Assembly (NCBI GenBank): GCA_036521395.1
Contig: DATDHV010000180.1
Location: forward strand, 1,881-65,880
Direction of reading: 5' to 3'
Length of the DNA: 64,000 bases
Source of the DNA: Steroidobacteraceae bacterium
GTDB lineage: Bacteria > Pseudomonadota > Gammaproteobacteria > Steroidobacterales > Steroidobacteraceae
Shown in pieces: positions 53,601 to 62,156 of this stretch. Every line of letters begins with the position of its first letter. Positions within the stretch are counted from its first letter, which is position 1. The notes beneath the pieces are model-generated. The model had not been told where the DNA came from. It did no database searches and was given only the letters and a program-made list of their open reading frames with translations. Position numbers and translations under genes: made by a program.

Positions 53601-55465
53601 TGCTGTCGCCGCAGATCCGGTTGCTGGCCGCATTCAATCATCAGCACATTTTCCTCGATCCGGATCCGGACGCCGTGCGCAGCCTGCGCGAACGCCTGCG
53701 CCTGTTCAGGCTGCCGCGCTCGGGGTGGAACGATTACGACCGGCGCCTGATCTCGAACGGGGGCGGGGTGTTCGAGCGCGGCGCCAAGAGCATCCCGCTG
53801 TCGCGCGAAGCGCGGCTGATGCTCGACCTGCCGCAAGCGCGCGCCGGCGCCGGCGAGATCATCCGCGCCATTCTCTGCATGCGCGTCGACCTGCTGTGGA
53901 ACGGCGGCATCGGCACGTACGTCAAGGCCGCCGGCGAGCGGCACGGCGAAGTAGGCGATCGCGGCAACGACGCACTGCGCGTGGATGGCGCGCAGGTGCG
54001 CGCGCACGTGGTGGGCGAGGGCGGCAATCTCGGCTTCTCACAACGCGGACGCATCGAGTATGCCGCCCGCGGCGGACGCATCAATGCCGATTTCATCGAC
54101 AATTCGGCCGGCGTCAACACCTCCGACGTCGAGGTCAATCTCAAGATCCTGCTCGATGCTCCGGACACCGGCAGGCCGATCGCGCGCAGCCGCCGCAACC
54201 GCCTGCTGGCCGGCGCCACCGCCGAGGTGGCGGAGCTGGTGCTGCGTAACAATTACCTGCAGGGCCAGGCGATCAGTCTGATGGAACGGCGCGCGGTTGA
54301 GGACCTCGGCGAGCATCAGCAGCTCCTGCGCTGGCTCGAGCGCCACGGCGAGCTCGACCGCGCGGTGGAGTTTCTGCCCGACGAGGAGGAGATAGAGCAG
54401 CGCCGCCGCGAAGGCCGGGGCCTGACGCGCCCCGAACTGGCACTGCTGCTCAGCTATGGCAAGATCGCACTCAATCATGCGCTCTCGGACGGCGACAGCG
54501 CGGACGATCCCTACCTGGCGCGCGAGCTCGAGCGCTACTTTCCGCGGGCCTTTCGCCGGCGGTTCGCCGATCGCATCGAGCGACATCGCTTGCGCCGGCA
54601 GATCATCATCACCGCCACCACCAACAGCATCGTCAACCGCATCGGTCCGTCGCTGCTGATGCAATGCGCGCAGAACGGCGATGTCGACGCCGCGGCCGTC
54701 GCGCGCGCCTATACCATCGCGCGCGACGGCGGCGATCTGCGTCACCTGTGGAGCGAGATCGAGGCGCTCGACGGCCGCATCAGGGCGTCTGATCAGTACC
54801 AGGCGCTGCTCGCGACCAGCGCTTATCTGCGCCACTTGACCGTGTGGCTGCTGCGTCATCGGCGCGAGCATGCCGAGGTGGGGGCGGCGGTGACGCGACT
54901 GCAGCCGCTGCTGCGCCAAGTGGCCCAGGTGACTCCGTCGTCGCTCGATGGTCTGGATCGATCGCGCTATCTCGAGCGCTGCGCCGGTTACGCCACCGTG
55001 GGCATGCCGACGCGCCTTGCCGAGGCCCTGGCCACGCTCGAGCCGCTGCGCGTGGCTCCGGACCTTGTGCAGCTCATGCGCGACTCGGGCGCGAGCGCCC
55101 GGGCCGTCACGCATACGCACTTCGGCCTCGGCGCCCGGCTGGGCCTGGACTGGCTGCACGCGGCCGTCGATGCGCTGCCGGCAAGCGGCAACTGGGCCGG
55201 CGCGGCACGCGAGCGCCTTCAGGACCTCGCCCGGAGCGCGCATCTGCGCCTCACCGCCGCCGCACTGCGCACGCTCCCGAGCCAGAACCGTCCTCGCGGC
55301 GGCCGCAGCGGAGCGGCGCGCGCGGCGCTCGAGCGCTGGGAGCAGTTGCTGCGCGATCTCAGAGCCCTGCCCGCGCCGGATCTGGCCGCCCTGACGGTAG
55401 CGGTCGAGGCACTCGGATCGCTGGCCGCTGCCGGCGGCGCATCCGCTGCGCCGGCTCTGCTATAA
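50663..55465 (+). CDS. gdhB: Large NAD-specific glutamate dehydrogenase (GdhB / 180-kDa class)
   Basis: A 1600-aa single ORF. The central catalytic region ([39 protein letters not shown]; [10 protein letters not shown]) is typical of the large NAD-GDH family. ATGA overlap with the E2 stop. Confidence 0.9.
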   Translation: MSAGRSLAAALLRAWQGSVPKEEWRLLDRAALRAACASQFEFGRRRRRNQTLLRVLCAPPAGRPRARPGAGVTPAPAYSVVQLITDDMPFLVDTLSMTLAQAGIGAHTIIHPILRVQRDAAGRIRALDQDLQAEGGRHESWQFLHIDRLGDEAECAQLEHRLSAALADVRRACRDWMRMRNEVLRLCADISRHPPPVPADVIAESRALLQYMESHHFTFLGYRENALYRRGGRLELRPVPGTGLGLLRRRRRHARDSAVAAANIQRALRSRDLLVITKANLRSTVHRSAYLDYVGVKRFDARGRPIGEARILGLWNSSAYRADPRQVPWLRHKLKRVIEHFPFAPASHDGKRLLQILQRLPRDELFQASVPDLIRCARDVLVLQERARVRLILRRDEFRRFWSCLVYLPRERCDAAAQARIESLLCSALHGTGLDASLAIGDEPLAQLHVLVRVDPERHPRLHIERLERDIAAAVVSWRDRLRSALQHRFDDARARALERRYQPAFPASYRQDVDAEQAVDDILDIEGIEGAPELMQLRLYRPPQQAAHRVHLAIIRRGDALPVSDVLPTFEHFGLKVIEERPYRLDFADRGVVWIQDFELEHHAMQRFVLARVAGAVTAAFRAVRAGELDDDGFNRLLIAAELDLRQVTVLRACCRYLLQTGIPFSQSYMERVLAAHARTARTLCLLFEQRLAPAASRSAPQRAALLEQRIRRAIEAVASPDEDRILRAFLAVIRATLRTNYFRRDAAGAPRPWLSLKLDPGQIPGLPQPRPAYEIFVHSPRVEGLHLRKGAIARGGIRWSERPEDFRTEILGLMKAQHVKNTVIVPVGAKGGFVARRLASRTPRERAQREIIECYGGFIRGLLDLTDNIVEGRIVPPSQVRRLDGDDPYLVVAADKGTASFSDIANAIAGEYGLWLGDAFASGGSAGYDHKRMGITARGAWECVKRHFRELGRDIQHAPFTVAGIGDMSGDVFGNAMLLSPQIRLLAAFNHQHIFLDPDPDAVRSLRERLRLFRLPRSGWNDYDRRLISNGGGVFERGAKSIPLSREARLMLDLPQARAGAGEIIRAILCMRVDLLWNGGIGTYVKAAGERHGEVGDRGNDALRVDGAQVRAHVVGEGGNLGFSQRGRIEYAARGGRINADFIDNSAGVNTSDVEVNLKILLDAPDTGRPIARSRRNRLLAGATAEVAELVLRNNYLQGQAISLMERRAVEDLGEHQQLLRWLERHGELDRAVEFLPDEEEIEQRRREGRGLTRPELALLLSYGKIALNHALSDGDSADDPYLARELERYFPRAFRRRFADRIERHRLRRQIIITATTNSIVNRIGPSLLMQCAQNGDVDAAAVARAYTIARDGGDLRHLWSEIEALDGRIRASDQYQALLATSAYLRHLTVWLLRHRREHAEVGAAVTRLQPLLRQVAQVTPSSLDGLDRSRYLERCAGYATVGMPTRLAEALATLEPLRVAPDLVQLMRDSGASARAVTHTHFGLGARLGLDWLHAAVDALPASGNWAGAARERLQDLARSAHLRLTAAALRTLPSQNRPRGGRSGAARAALERWEQLLRDLRALPAPDLAALTVAVEALGSLAAAGGASAAPALL

Positions 55466-55497
55466 ATCGCCTGCAACTGACCAACCTGGAGCGAGCC

Positions 55498-56250
55498 GTG
55501 GCGGGAAAACTGGTGATGGTGCGGCATGGACAGAGTCTCTGGAATCTCGAGAACCTGTTCACCGGCTGGACCGACGTGGATCTCACGCCGCAAGGCTGCG
55601 AGGAGGCGCGCCAGGCCGGCCGCGAGCTCAAGCGCGAGGCACTGGTGCCGGATGTGGTCTTCACCTCCGTGCTCAAGCGCGCGATCCGGACCATGTGGCT
55701 CATGCTCGATGAGCTCGACCTGATGTGGCTGCCGGTGGAGCGGCACTGGCGCCTCAACGAGCGCCACTACGGTGCGTTGCAGGGACTGAACAAGGCGCAG
55801 ACAGTGGAGCGACACGGTGAGGCGCAGGTGCAGATCTGGCGGCGCAGCTACGACATACCGCCGCCGCCGCTGGAGGCGGGCGATGCGCGCCATCCGCGCT
55901 TCGATCCGCGTTACCGCGACGTCGCGGCGGCCGACCTGCCCGCCACCGAATCACTCAAGGACACGCTCGCGCGCGTGCTTCCCTGCTGGGAACAACGCGT
56001 GGCGCCGGAGCTGCGGCGCAGTCGCACGGTGTTGCTGGTGGCGCACGGCAACAGCTTGCGGGCGCTGGTGAAGATGCTCGACGGCCTGTCCGAGCAGGCC
56101 ATCGTCGAGCTGAACATTCCCACGGGTGTGCCGCTGCTGTACGAACTCGACGACGCCCTGAAGCCGCGCGCCAGCCGTTACCTCGGCAATCCCGAGGCGA
56201 TCCGCGCCGCGGCGGAAGCCGTCAAACACCAGGCACGGAAGGTGCGCTGA
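55498..56250 (+). CDS. gpmA: 2,3-bisphosphoglycerate-dependent phosphoglycerate mutase
   Basis: GTG 55498, preceded by GGAG, gives (M)[26 protein letters not shown] and ERHYG motifs present. The longer track ORF (54844) is an out-of-frame read-through of the gdh 3' end. Confidence 0.93.
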   Translation: MAGKLVMVRHGQSLWNLENLFTGWTDVDLTPQGCEEARQAGRELKREALVPDVVFTSVLKRAIRTMWLMLDELDLMWLPVERHWRLNERHYGALQGLNKAQTVERHGEAQVQIWRRSYDIPPPPLEAGDARHPRFDPRYRDVAAADLPATESLKDTLARVLPCWEQRVAPELRRSRTVLLVAHGNSLRALVKMLDGLSEQAIVELNIPTGVPLLYELDDALKPRASRYLGNPEAIRAAAEAVKHQARKVR

Positions 56251-56276
56251 TCGGGAGCCGGCGGGGCTGCGGCCAG

Positions 56277-56312
56277 CCGCGAGCCGGGCCGCGAGCCGGG
56301 CCGCGAGCCGGC
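56277..56312. repeat. 12-bp tandem repeat (CCGCGAGCCGGG x3) between convergent gpmA and the RraB-like gene
   Basis: Direct reading: ccgcgagccggg ccgcgagccggg ccgcgagccgg. Confidence 0.85.
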
Positions 56313-56315
56313 CGT

Positions 56316-56729
56316 TCACTGGCGCGACGGATCGGTCATCCAGCCGTCGTAGTGTCCGCCGAGCTGCTCGGCGAGCACGCCGAAACGCTTCGAATACTCC
56401 TGCATCTCGGATACCGACACGCGTATGGGCTTGCGCGCGTGGAGTGAAAAGCCGCTTGCCCCCTCCCCACCCATCAGGCGCATGTCGATGCTGAAGCCCT
56501 CGGCCTCGAGCTGCCCGCGCAGCGTCGCGCCTGCGGCCTCGTCGGGCAGATTGAAGAAGAAATCGACCTCGTAGGGCGTGAACGAGTTGCCACCGGCAGC
56601 GCGCAGGTTCTGCACCAGTCGCGCATCCCAGTCCTGCTGCACCTGCCCGCGGTTGCGCCGCACGGTCATGATGACGCGCACCACCGCCAGCACGGCGGCG
56701 GCAATCAGTAGCAGGTAGGTCCAGTGCAT
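56316..56729 (-). CDS. Membrane-anchored RraB-like (regulator of ribonuclease activity B domain) protein
   Basis: 137 aa. N-terminal TM helix (WTYLLLIAAAVLAVVRVIM), then a domain resembling RraB (YEVDFFFNLPDEAAGATLRGQLEAEGF). Assignment by eye only. Confidence 0.6.
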   Translation of the reverse strand: MHWTYLLLIAAAVLAVVRVIMTVRRNRGQVQQDWDARLVQNLRAAGGNSFTPYEVDFFFNLPDEAAGATLRGQLEAEGFSIDMRLMGGEGASGFSLHARKPIRVSVSEMQEYSKRFGVLAEQLGGHYDGWMTDPSRQ

Positions 56730-56753
56730 GGCAGCGCTCGCGCCGGCCGGGCG

Positions 56754-57068
56754 CTACTCTTCCGGCGCGATAGCAACCTTGAGGCCCGATAGCGCATCGT
56801 TGAGCACGATCTGGCAGGACAGGCGCGAATTCTCCTGCCGGCTGATCAGATCGCCGAGCATGTCGCCCTCGTCGGACATGGGCGCCGGCAGCTTCGGCAA
56901 CCACTCCGGATCGACGTAGACGTGGCAGGTCGCGCACGAGCACATGCCACCGCAGATCGCGGCAACACCCTCGTCCATGTCGCGCAGCGGCTCCATCAGC
57001 GTCGCACCGCTGGGCGCCTCGAGGACTCGTTCCACCTTGTCGCGATCGACCACTCGCACCGTCGGCAT
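56754..57068 (-). CDS. 2Fe-2S ferredoxin (adrenodoxin/putidaredoxin type)
   Basis: Start moved to ATG 57068 (MPTVRVVDRDKVERVLEAPSG). Cluster motif CGGMCSCATCHV ... LSCQI. Confidence 0.85.
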   Translation of the reverse strand: MPTVRVVDRDKVERVLEAPSGATLMEPLRDMDEGVAAICGGMCSCATCHVYVDPEWLPKLPAPMSDEGDMLGDLISRQENSRLSCQIVLNDALSGLKVAIAPEE

Positions 57069-57093
57069 GACCACTCCTGGCATTCTGGGCGCG

Positions 57094-57993
57094 CTAGTTT
57101 GCCGGCCCCACCGGCGGGATGCCAGCCCCCGCTGCGTGTGGCAGTCCCGGCGGCGCGGCCGCAGCTTCGCCCCGTGCCAGATGCCACAGCCAGGCCAGCG
57201 CCTCATGGATATACACCCGCGCTGCCAGCTCGCCGCGCGCGGCCGCGCCCACGCCGGCGGCCCCGGCCAGCTCGGCGCCGTACCGCCGTGCCGCCGGGTA
57301 ATAGGCCAGCACACAGGCCACGTCCATGAGTGGATCACTGCGCTGCGCATATTCCCAATCGAGCAGCCAGAGTTGCCGGCCCTCGAGCAGGTTATTGTGG
57401 GCCAGATCCCCGTGCACGATACACGCCGCGGACGCGCTCTCGCGCAGCGCCTCGCAACAGCGCTGCAGGTACTCGAGTGGCGCGAGCAGCTGCTGCGGGC
57501 TCAAGCCCGCCGGCATCGCCTGGTGGATCCGCTCGACGTAGTGCTGCGCCACCGACCAGGGGTCGAACGGCGTCACCGCCGGCGGCGCCAGTCCGTGCAG
57601 CGCGTATAGCCGCTCGCCCAGGCGCTGCAGAGCCGCCACATCCTCGTACTCCTGCTCGCGCCACAGCAGGCCGTCCTGGAACTCGGTGATCAGCAGCCCG
57701 TGCGAAGACGGATCGGCAACTACGATCGCCGGGGCGATGCCGGCCGCCGCCGCGGCGCGATGCAGCTCGAGCTCGCGCGCACGGTCCACGCCCGGCCGCC
57801 GCCAGGCGGCGCCGTCGATGCGCACGACGAAGCGGCCGCAACGGCTATCCACACGAAACACCTCGTTGACGCTGCCGCCGGGAAGGCGTGCGAGCGCGAT
57901 CGCCGGCGCGCCGCGCTCCAGTCCCGGTACGCGCGCCAGCGCCCAGTCCGGCGGCGCGCTCAGACGGCCTGCAGGCGATATTTTTGCAGCCAT
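57094..57993 (-). CDS. Aminoglycoside-phosphotransferase-fold kinase (choline/thiamine kinase-like)
   Basis: Start moved to ATG 57993 (MAAKISPAG...). LPGGSVNEVFRV nucleotide loop, and catalytic region IVHGDLAHNNLL and LLDWEYAQRSDPLMD. Overlaps the pnuC-like 3' end by 34 bp. Confidence 0.7.
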   Translation of the reverse strand: MAAKISPAGRLSAPPDWALARVPGLERGAPAIALARLPGGSVNEVFRVDSRCGRFVVRIDGAAWRRPGVDRARELELHRAAAAAGIAPAIVVADPSSHGLLITEFQDGLLWREQEYEDVAALQRLGERLYALHGLAPPAVTPFDPWSVAQHYVERIHQAMPAGLSPQQLLAPLEYLQRCCEALRESASAACIVHGDLAHNNLLEGRQLWLLDWEYAQRSDPLMDVACVLAYYPAARRYGAELAGAAGVGAAARGELAARVYIHEALAWLWHLARGEAAAAPPGLPHAAGAGIPPVGPAN

Positions 57994-58556
57994 TCGCGAA
58001 ACCCGAATACCGCGATCAGCATGTAGGTCAGGAACAGCAGCGTGGTGAAGGGATAGCCCTGCGCCGCGAACAGGTACGCCATGACGCAATCGGCGCCGAT
58101 CCAGTACAGCCAGTTCTCCAGCTTCAGGCGCGCCACCAGCCAGGTGGCGAACAGGCTGGTCCAGGTCGTCATGGAATCCAGATACGGCCACGCCGCATGC
58201 GTCTCGCGATGCAGCCACTGCGCCGTGAGCACGCTCAGCAGTACGATGGCCAGCAGCGCCAGCGCGTGATTGCGCGCCGGCCAGCGGCCGATACCTCCGG
58301 CCTGCTGCTGCTCGGCGCGAGTCCAGTTGCGCCAGCCATAGACGCTCATGAGGACGTAGTAGCCCTGCAGCAGCGACTGCATGGGCAGGTGCGCGCGTGC
58401 GGCCAGGTACACATAGATAATGGAGCTGCCCGCTCCCGCCACCCAGCCGAGGCGGTTGCGCTTGAGGATCAGCAGCACGTAGATCACGCCGAGCACGACC
58501 GCCAGGCCCTCGAGCGCGCTGGTGGCACGCAGCTCGCGCAGCAGCGCGTCGATCAC
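57960..58556 (-). CDS. PnuC-family transporter (nicotinamide riboside or thiamine, PnuT-like)
   Basis: 198 aa, 7-TM-like, with GWVAGAGSSIIYVYL..YGWRNW and WLYWIGADCVMAYLF, typical of the PnuC family. Confidence 0.85.
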   Translation of the reverse strand: MIDALLRELRATSALEGLAVVLGVIYVLLILKRNRLGWVAGAGSSIIYVYLAARAHLPMQSLLQGYYVLMSVYGWRNWTRAEQQQAGGIGRWPARNHALALLAIVLLSVLTAQWLHRETHAAWPYLDSMTTWTSLFATWLVARLKLENWLYWIGADCVMAYLFAAQGYPFTTLLFLTYMLIAVFGFREWLQKYRLQAV

Positions 58557-58798
58557 GGGGCCAATGGGCCGAGGATCTTCAATACGAATACCGCCTTGTC
58601 GTTGGTCTCGAAGCTCGCGCGCAGTTCGCGTGCGAGCCGCTGCATTACCGCATCGTAGTCACCGAAGATCTGCGTGCTCATGCTGTTGGTCACCACGCGC
58701 AGGCGGCCGTCGGTATTGAGGCGGTCGATGAAGTCCTGGATGGGTGCCAGGTACTGCTGATGCAGCGGATAGAGGCTGATCTCGACACCGATGTCCAT
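58553..58798 (-). CDS. YkoF/MTH1187-like small thiamine/HMP-binding-fold protein
   Basis: Start moved to ATG 58798 (MDIGVEISLYPLHQQYLAPIQDFIDRL), 81 aa. ATGA overlap with the pnuC-like start. Family assigned by eye and by the thiamine context. Confidence 0.65.
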   Translation of the reverse strand: MDIGVEISLYPLHQQYLAPIQDFIDRLNTDGRLRVVTNSMSTQIFGDYDAVMQRLARELRASFETNDKAVFVLKILGPLAP

Positions 58799-58935
58799 CG
58801 TCTGCTCCCACCAGGCTGAGGCCGGTGAGCATTCTAGACGAGGCCGCGGGGCTTCGCGCGCAGCCTTGCGCGACCTTCGCCCACCGGTCGCGCGCGGCGC
58901 TTGCAAAGCGTGCGCGCTTGCTCGATAGTTCGTCG

Positions 58936-59033
58936 CGCAAACCTTGGGGTGGTCCGCGAATTCTGGACCTGAGATGCCGGCGAGCCGGCGAACCCGTTGA
59001 ACCTGATCCGGTTAGTACCGGCGTAGGGAGCAG
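58936..59033 (+). promoter_or_regulatory. TPP (THI-box) riboswitch
   Basis: cttGGGGTGgtccgcgaattctggaCCTGAGAtgccggcgagccggcgaACCCgtTGAACCTGATCCGGtTAgTACCGGCGTAGGGAgcagg matches the THI-element consensus (GGGGUG, CUGAGA, ACCC..UGAACCUGAUC.GG.UA.UACC.GCGUAGGGA). Its 3' GGGAG doubles as the SD for the GTG at 59036. Confidence 0.9.
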
Positions 59034-59035
59034 GT

Positions 59036-61153
59036 GTGACAACTCGATACCGATTGCTCGGAGCCCTGACCCTCTGGAGTGTGCTGGCGGCACCCGGTTT
59101 CGCCGACGACGACGCGCTGGACGAAGTCGTGGTCACGGCGAGCCTGCGTCCCACCAGCGCAGCCAATACCGCGCAGAGCGTGACCGTGCTGGATGAGGAC
59201 ACGCTGCGCAGCGCGGGAATTCAGCATTTCGAGGATGTGCTCGGCCTGGTGCCGGACCTGAACTGGGCTGCCGGCACGTCCCGGCCGCGCTTCTTCCAGT
59301 TGCGTGGCATCGGCGAGGTCGAGCAGTACCAGGGCGCGCCGAACCCGTCGGTGGGTTTCCTGATCGACGACATCGATTTCTCGGGCGTCGGCATGCCGGC
59401 GACGCTGTTCGACACCAAGCAGATCGAGATACTTCGCGGTCCTCAGGGCACGACCTACGGCGCCAATGCGCTGGCCGGTCTGATCAGCGTACGCACCGCC
59501 GATCCGGGCACGGAGTTCGAGCTGCACAGTGAGGTCACCGGTGCGGACTACGACACGCGCGCTGCCGGCCTGGTGATCGGCGACGGCCTGTCCTCGGGCC
59601 GTGCCGGTTGGCGCCTGGTGGCGCAGCAGTACCTGAGCGACGGTTTTCGCCATGACGCCTTCTACGACATGAATACCACCAACGGCTACGACGAGGGCAC
59701 GTTGCGCGGCAAGCTGCACTGGCAACCCACCGACGCGCTGCAGGCGGATCTGACCCTCATGCACGTGAACATCAACAATGGCTACGATGCCTGGTCGATC
59801 GCCAATACCTACACCACCTACTCCAACCAGCCGGGGCGGGACGAGCAGCGCTCCAACGGCCTCGCGCTGCGCCTGGTTGACACCATCGAGGGCGTCGGCG
59901 AACTGCGCAGCGTCAGCAGCGCCGCGAGCTCCGGCATCCTCTACTCCTTCGACGGCGACTGGGGCAATGACGAACTGTGGGGGCCGTACGCGCCGTACGA
60001 CTACTTCCAGCGCGATGACCGCGACCGGCGCACTTTCGCCGAGGATCTGCGGCTCACCGGCGACGCCTCGCGGGCGCTGTTCGGCGCCGTGCGCTGGCTC
60101 GCGGGCGTCTATGCCCTGCGGCTCACCGAGTCGGACCACCTGACCTATCAATACGACAACACCTACAATGGCCAGGGCAGCAGCCAGCTCGACAGCCGGT
60201 ATGGGGCCACCAACCTTGCGCTCTACAGCTCGCTCGACGCCGATACCGGTCCGCGCTCGAGCATCTCGGCGGGTCTGCGTCTGGAGCGACGCATCGCCGA
60301 CTACGCCGACAATGCCGATGCCGCGACACCGTTTCCGCGGCAGACCAACGACATGCTCGGCGGCAATCTGTCGTGGACGCGCAAGGTCGGGGATGGCATG
60401 CACCTGTATGCGACACTATCGCGCGGCTACAAGGGCGGCGGCTTCAACATCGGCTCACAGATACTCTCCGAGCAACGCAGCTTCGGGCCCGAATCGCTCT
60501 GGAACCTCGAGACCGGCCTGAAGTTCGCGCGCCCAGCAAGCCCGCTGCAGTTGCAGGTCGACCTGTTCTACATGCGCCGCCAGAACATGCAGGTATATCT
60601 GTCCGAGCAACTCCAGCCGAACAACCCGCTCGCGTACGTGTTCTTCACGCAGAATGCAGCCGACGGCGAGAATTTCGGCCTCGAGTCTCAGGGCAGCTAC
60701 CGGTTGTCGGATCGCTGGCAGATCTCGGGCAGCGCGGCGCTGCTGCATACGCGCTATCTGGGCGTGGGCGGAGAGTTTGAAAGCCTCGACATCGACGGAC
60801 GGGCGCAGCCCTTCGCCCCCGGCTACGAGGTCTCGGCGGCGGTCGAATACCGGCAACCCGGCGGCTGGTTCGCGCGCCTGGACTCGCACGCACTCGACAG
60901 CTTCTACTACTACACGAGCGATGCGCAGACCTCGCACTCCTATCACCTGGAGAATCTGCGCGTCGGCTACCGCCGCGGCGCGTGGACAGCGAGCGCCTGG
61001 GTACGCAATCTGTTCGGGATCCACTACGCCCAGCAGGGCTTCTACTTCGGGCTCATACCGCCGAATTTTCCCACGCAGTCGTTCCTGCAGCAGGGCGATC
61101 CGCGCCAGGTCGGCCTCACCATCGATTACGATCTGCCCCACCAGCAGCCATAG
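59036..61153 (+). CDS. TonB-dependent outer-membrane receptor (TPP-riboswitch controlled; presumed thiamine/precursor uptake)
   Basis: 705 aa. Signal peptide, TonB box/plug (DEVVVTASLRP, IEILRGPQGTTYGANA) and a beta-barrel. Confidence 0.9.
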   Translation: MTTRYRLLGALTLWSVLAAPGFADDDALDEVVVTASLRPTSAANTAQSVTVLDEDTLRSAGIQHFEDVLGLVPDLNWAAGTSRPRFFQLRGIGEVEQYQGAPNPSVGFLIDDIDFSGVGMPATLFDTKQIEILRGPQGTTYGANALAGLISVRTADPGTEFELHSEVTGADYDTRAAGLVIGDGLSSGRAGWRLVAQQYLSDGFRHDAFYDMNTTNGYDEGTLRGKLHWQPTDALQADLTLMHVNINNGYDAWSIANTYTTYSNQPGRDEQRSNGLALRLVDTIEGVGELRSVSSAASSGILYSFDGDWGNDELWGPYAPYDYFQRDDRDRRTFAEDLRLTGDASRALFGAVRWLAGVYALRLTESDHLTYQYDNTYNGQGSSQLDSRYGATNLALYSSLDADTGPRSSISAGLRLERRIADYADNADAATPFPRQTNDMLGGNLSWTRKVGDGMHLYATLSRGYKGGGFNIGSQILSEQRSFGPESLWNLETGLKFARPASPLQLQVDLFYMRRQNMQVYLSEQLQPNNPLAYVFFTQNAADGENFGLESQGSYRLSDRWQISGSAALLHTRYLGVGGEFESLDIDGRAQPFAPGYEVSAAVEYRQPGGWFARLDSHALDSFYYYTSDAQTSHSYHLENLRVGYRRGAWTASAWVRNLFGIHYAQQGFYFGLIPPNFPTQSFLQQGDPRQVGLTIDYDLPHQQP

Positions 61154-61163
61154 CGGAGCGGTC

Positions 61164-62072
61164 GTGAGTGCCAGGGTGCGCGCATTCCAGGTCGATGCTT
61201 TCACCTCGCAGCGCTTCTGCGGCAATCCCGCCGGCGTCGTGCTCGATGCTGACATCCTGTCCGAGCCTGACATGCGCGCTCTCGCCCGCGAGCTCGGCGG
61301 CGATACGGCGTTTCTGCTGCGCCCGGATGCGCCCGACCACGACCTGCGGGTGCGATTCTTCACCCCGCGCGGCGAGGCGCCGTTCATCGGCCACGCAACG
61401 CTGGCCGCACACGCCGTGCTGGCCTCGCTGCAGCTCGAACCGCGTCCGCGGCAGCGGCAGCAGTCCGGCCTGGTCGAGGTGGAGGTTCGTGCCGGCACGC
61501 CGGCGCGCATTGCCATCCGGCAACCGCCGCCGCAGCTTGCGAGGCCGCTCGAGCCCCGCGAACTCGCGGACGTGCTCGATGCCCTGGGGCTCGCCCGCAC
61601 CGACCTCGACGCGCGCTGTCCGCCCATGATCGCCGGACGCACCGGCACGCGGCTGCTGCTCGGCGTGACCGGCGCGGTGCTGGCACGGGTTCAGGCCGAC
61701 CTGGCGCGCCTGCGGACGCTGTCGGCGCAGATCGGCGCGCCCGGGTATTTTCTCTTCACGTTGCAGCCCGCGGTCTCCGGCGTGTACAGCGAGGCGCGCA
61801 TGTTCTGCCCGGCGCTGGGCATTGATGAGGATCCGGTCAGCGGCAACGCACACGCGCTGCTCGGAACGTATCTGCTGCACCATGGACTGATTGCCTGTCC
61901 CGCCGCCGGCAACGCGCGCCCCGAGCGGATCGAGTTTACCGGTGGCCAGGGCCAGTACCTTGGCCGGCCCGGCCGTGTGACCGTGGTCCTGGAGCTGGAG
62001 CAGCGCGTGCTGCGCGCCGTGAGCATCATCGGCGAGGCCGTCGTGGTGTTCGCGACCACGCTCGATTTCTAG
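61164..62072 (+). CDS. PhzF-family isomerase-like protein
   Basis: GTG 61164, preceded by GGAG, gives (M)SARVRAFQVDAFTSQRFCGNPAGVV; later EDPVSGNAH. The longer track ORF is an alternative-frame fusion. Confidence 0.85.
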   Translation: MSARVRAFQVDAFTSQRFCGNPAGVVLDADILSEPDMRALARELGGDTAFLLRPDAPDHDLRVRFFTPRGEAPFIGHATLAAHAVLASLQLEPRPRQRQQSGLVEVEVRAGTPARIAIRQPPPQLARPLEPRELADVLDALGLARTDLDARCPPMIAGRTGTRLLLGVTGAVLARVQADLARLRTLSAQIGAPGYFLFTLQPAVSGVYSEARMFCPALGIDEDPVSGNAHALLGTYLLHHGLIACPAAGNARPERIEFTGGQGQYLGRPGRVTVVLELEQRVLRAVSIIGEAVVVFATTLDF

Positions 62073-62156
62073 CCCGACGGCTGGGTCGATCGGCGGCTCG
62101 CGACTGGAAGATTTACAGGCTGGATCCCGCGTGGCCGTCTCCCTTAGCATGGGCTC

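Noticed and set aside
54844-55497. Long 5' extension of the gpmA ORF (468-aa track ORF)
   Set aside because: It overlaps the gdh 3' end out of frame and is Arg/Ala-rich. GTG 55498 with a GGAG RBS reproduces the canonical GpmA N-terminus.
58799-58935. Possible second TPP riboswitch on the minus strand in front of the ykoF-like gene
   Set aside because: The reverse complement has no GGGGUG, CUGAGA or ACCUGAUC..GCGUAGGGA elements. Only generic GC hairpins are present.
59012-60403. 463-aa ORF antisense to the riboswitch-controlled TonB receptor
   Set aside because: It overlaps a well-supported receptor gene and even the riboswitch. It has low-complexity Arg/Ala/Val composition. High-GC artefact.
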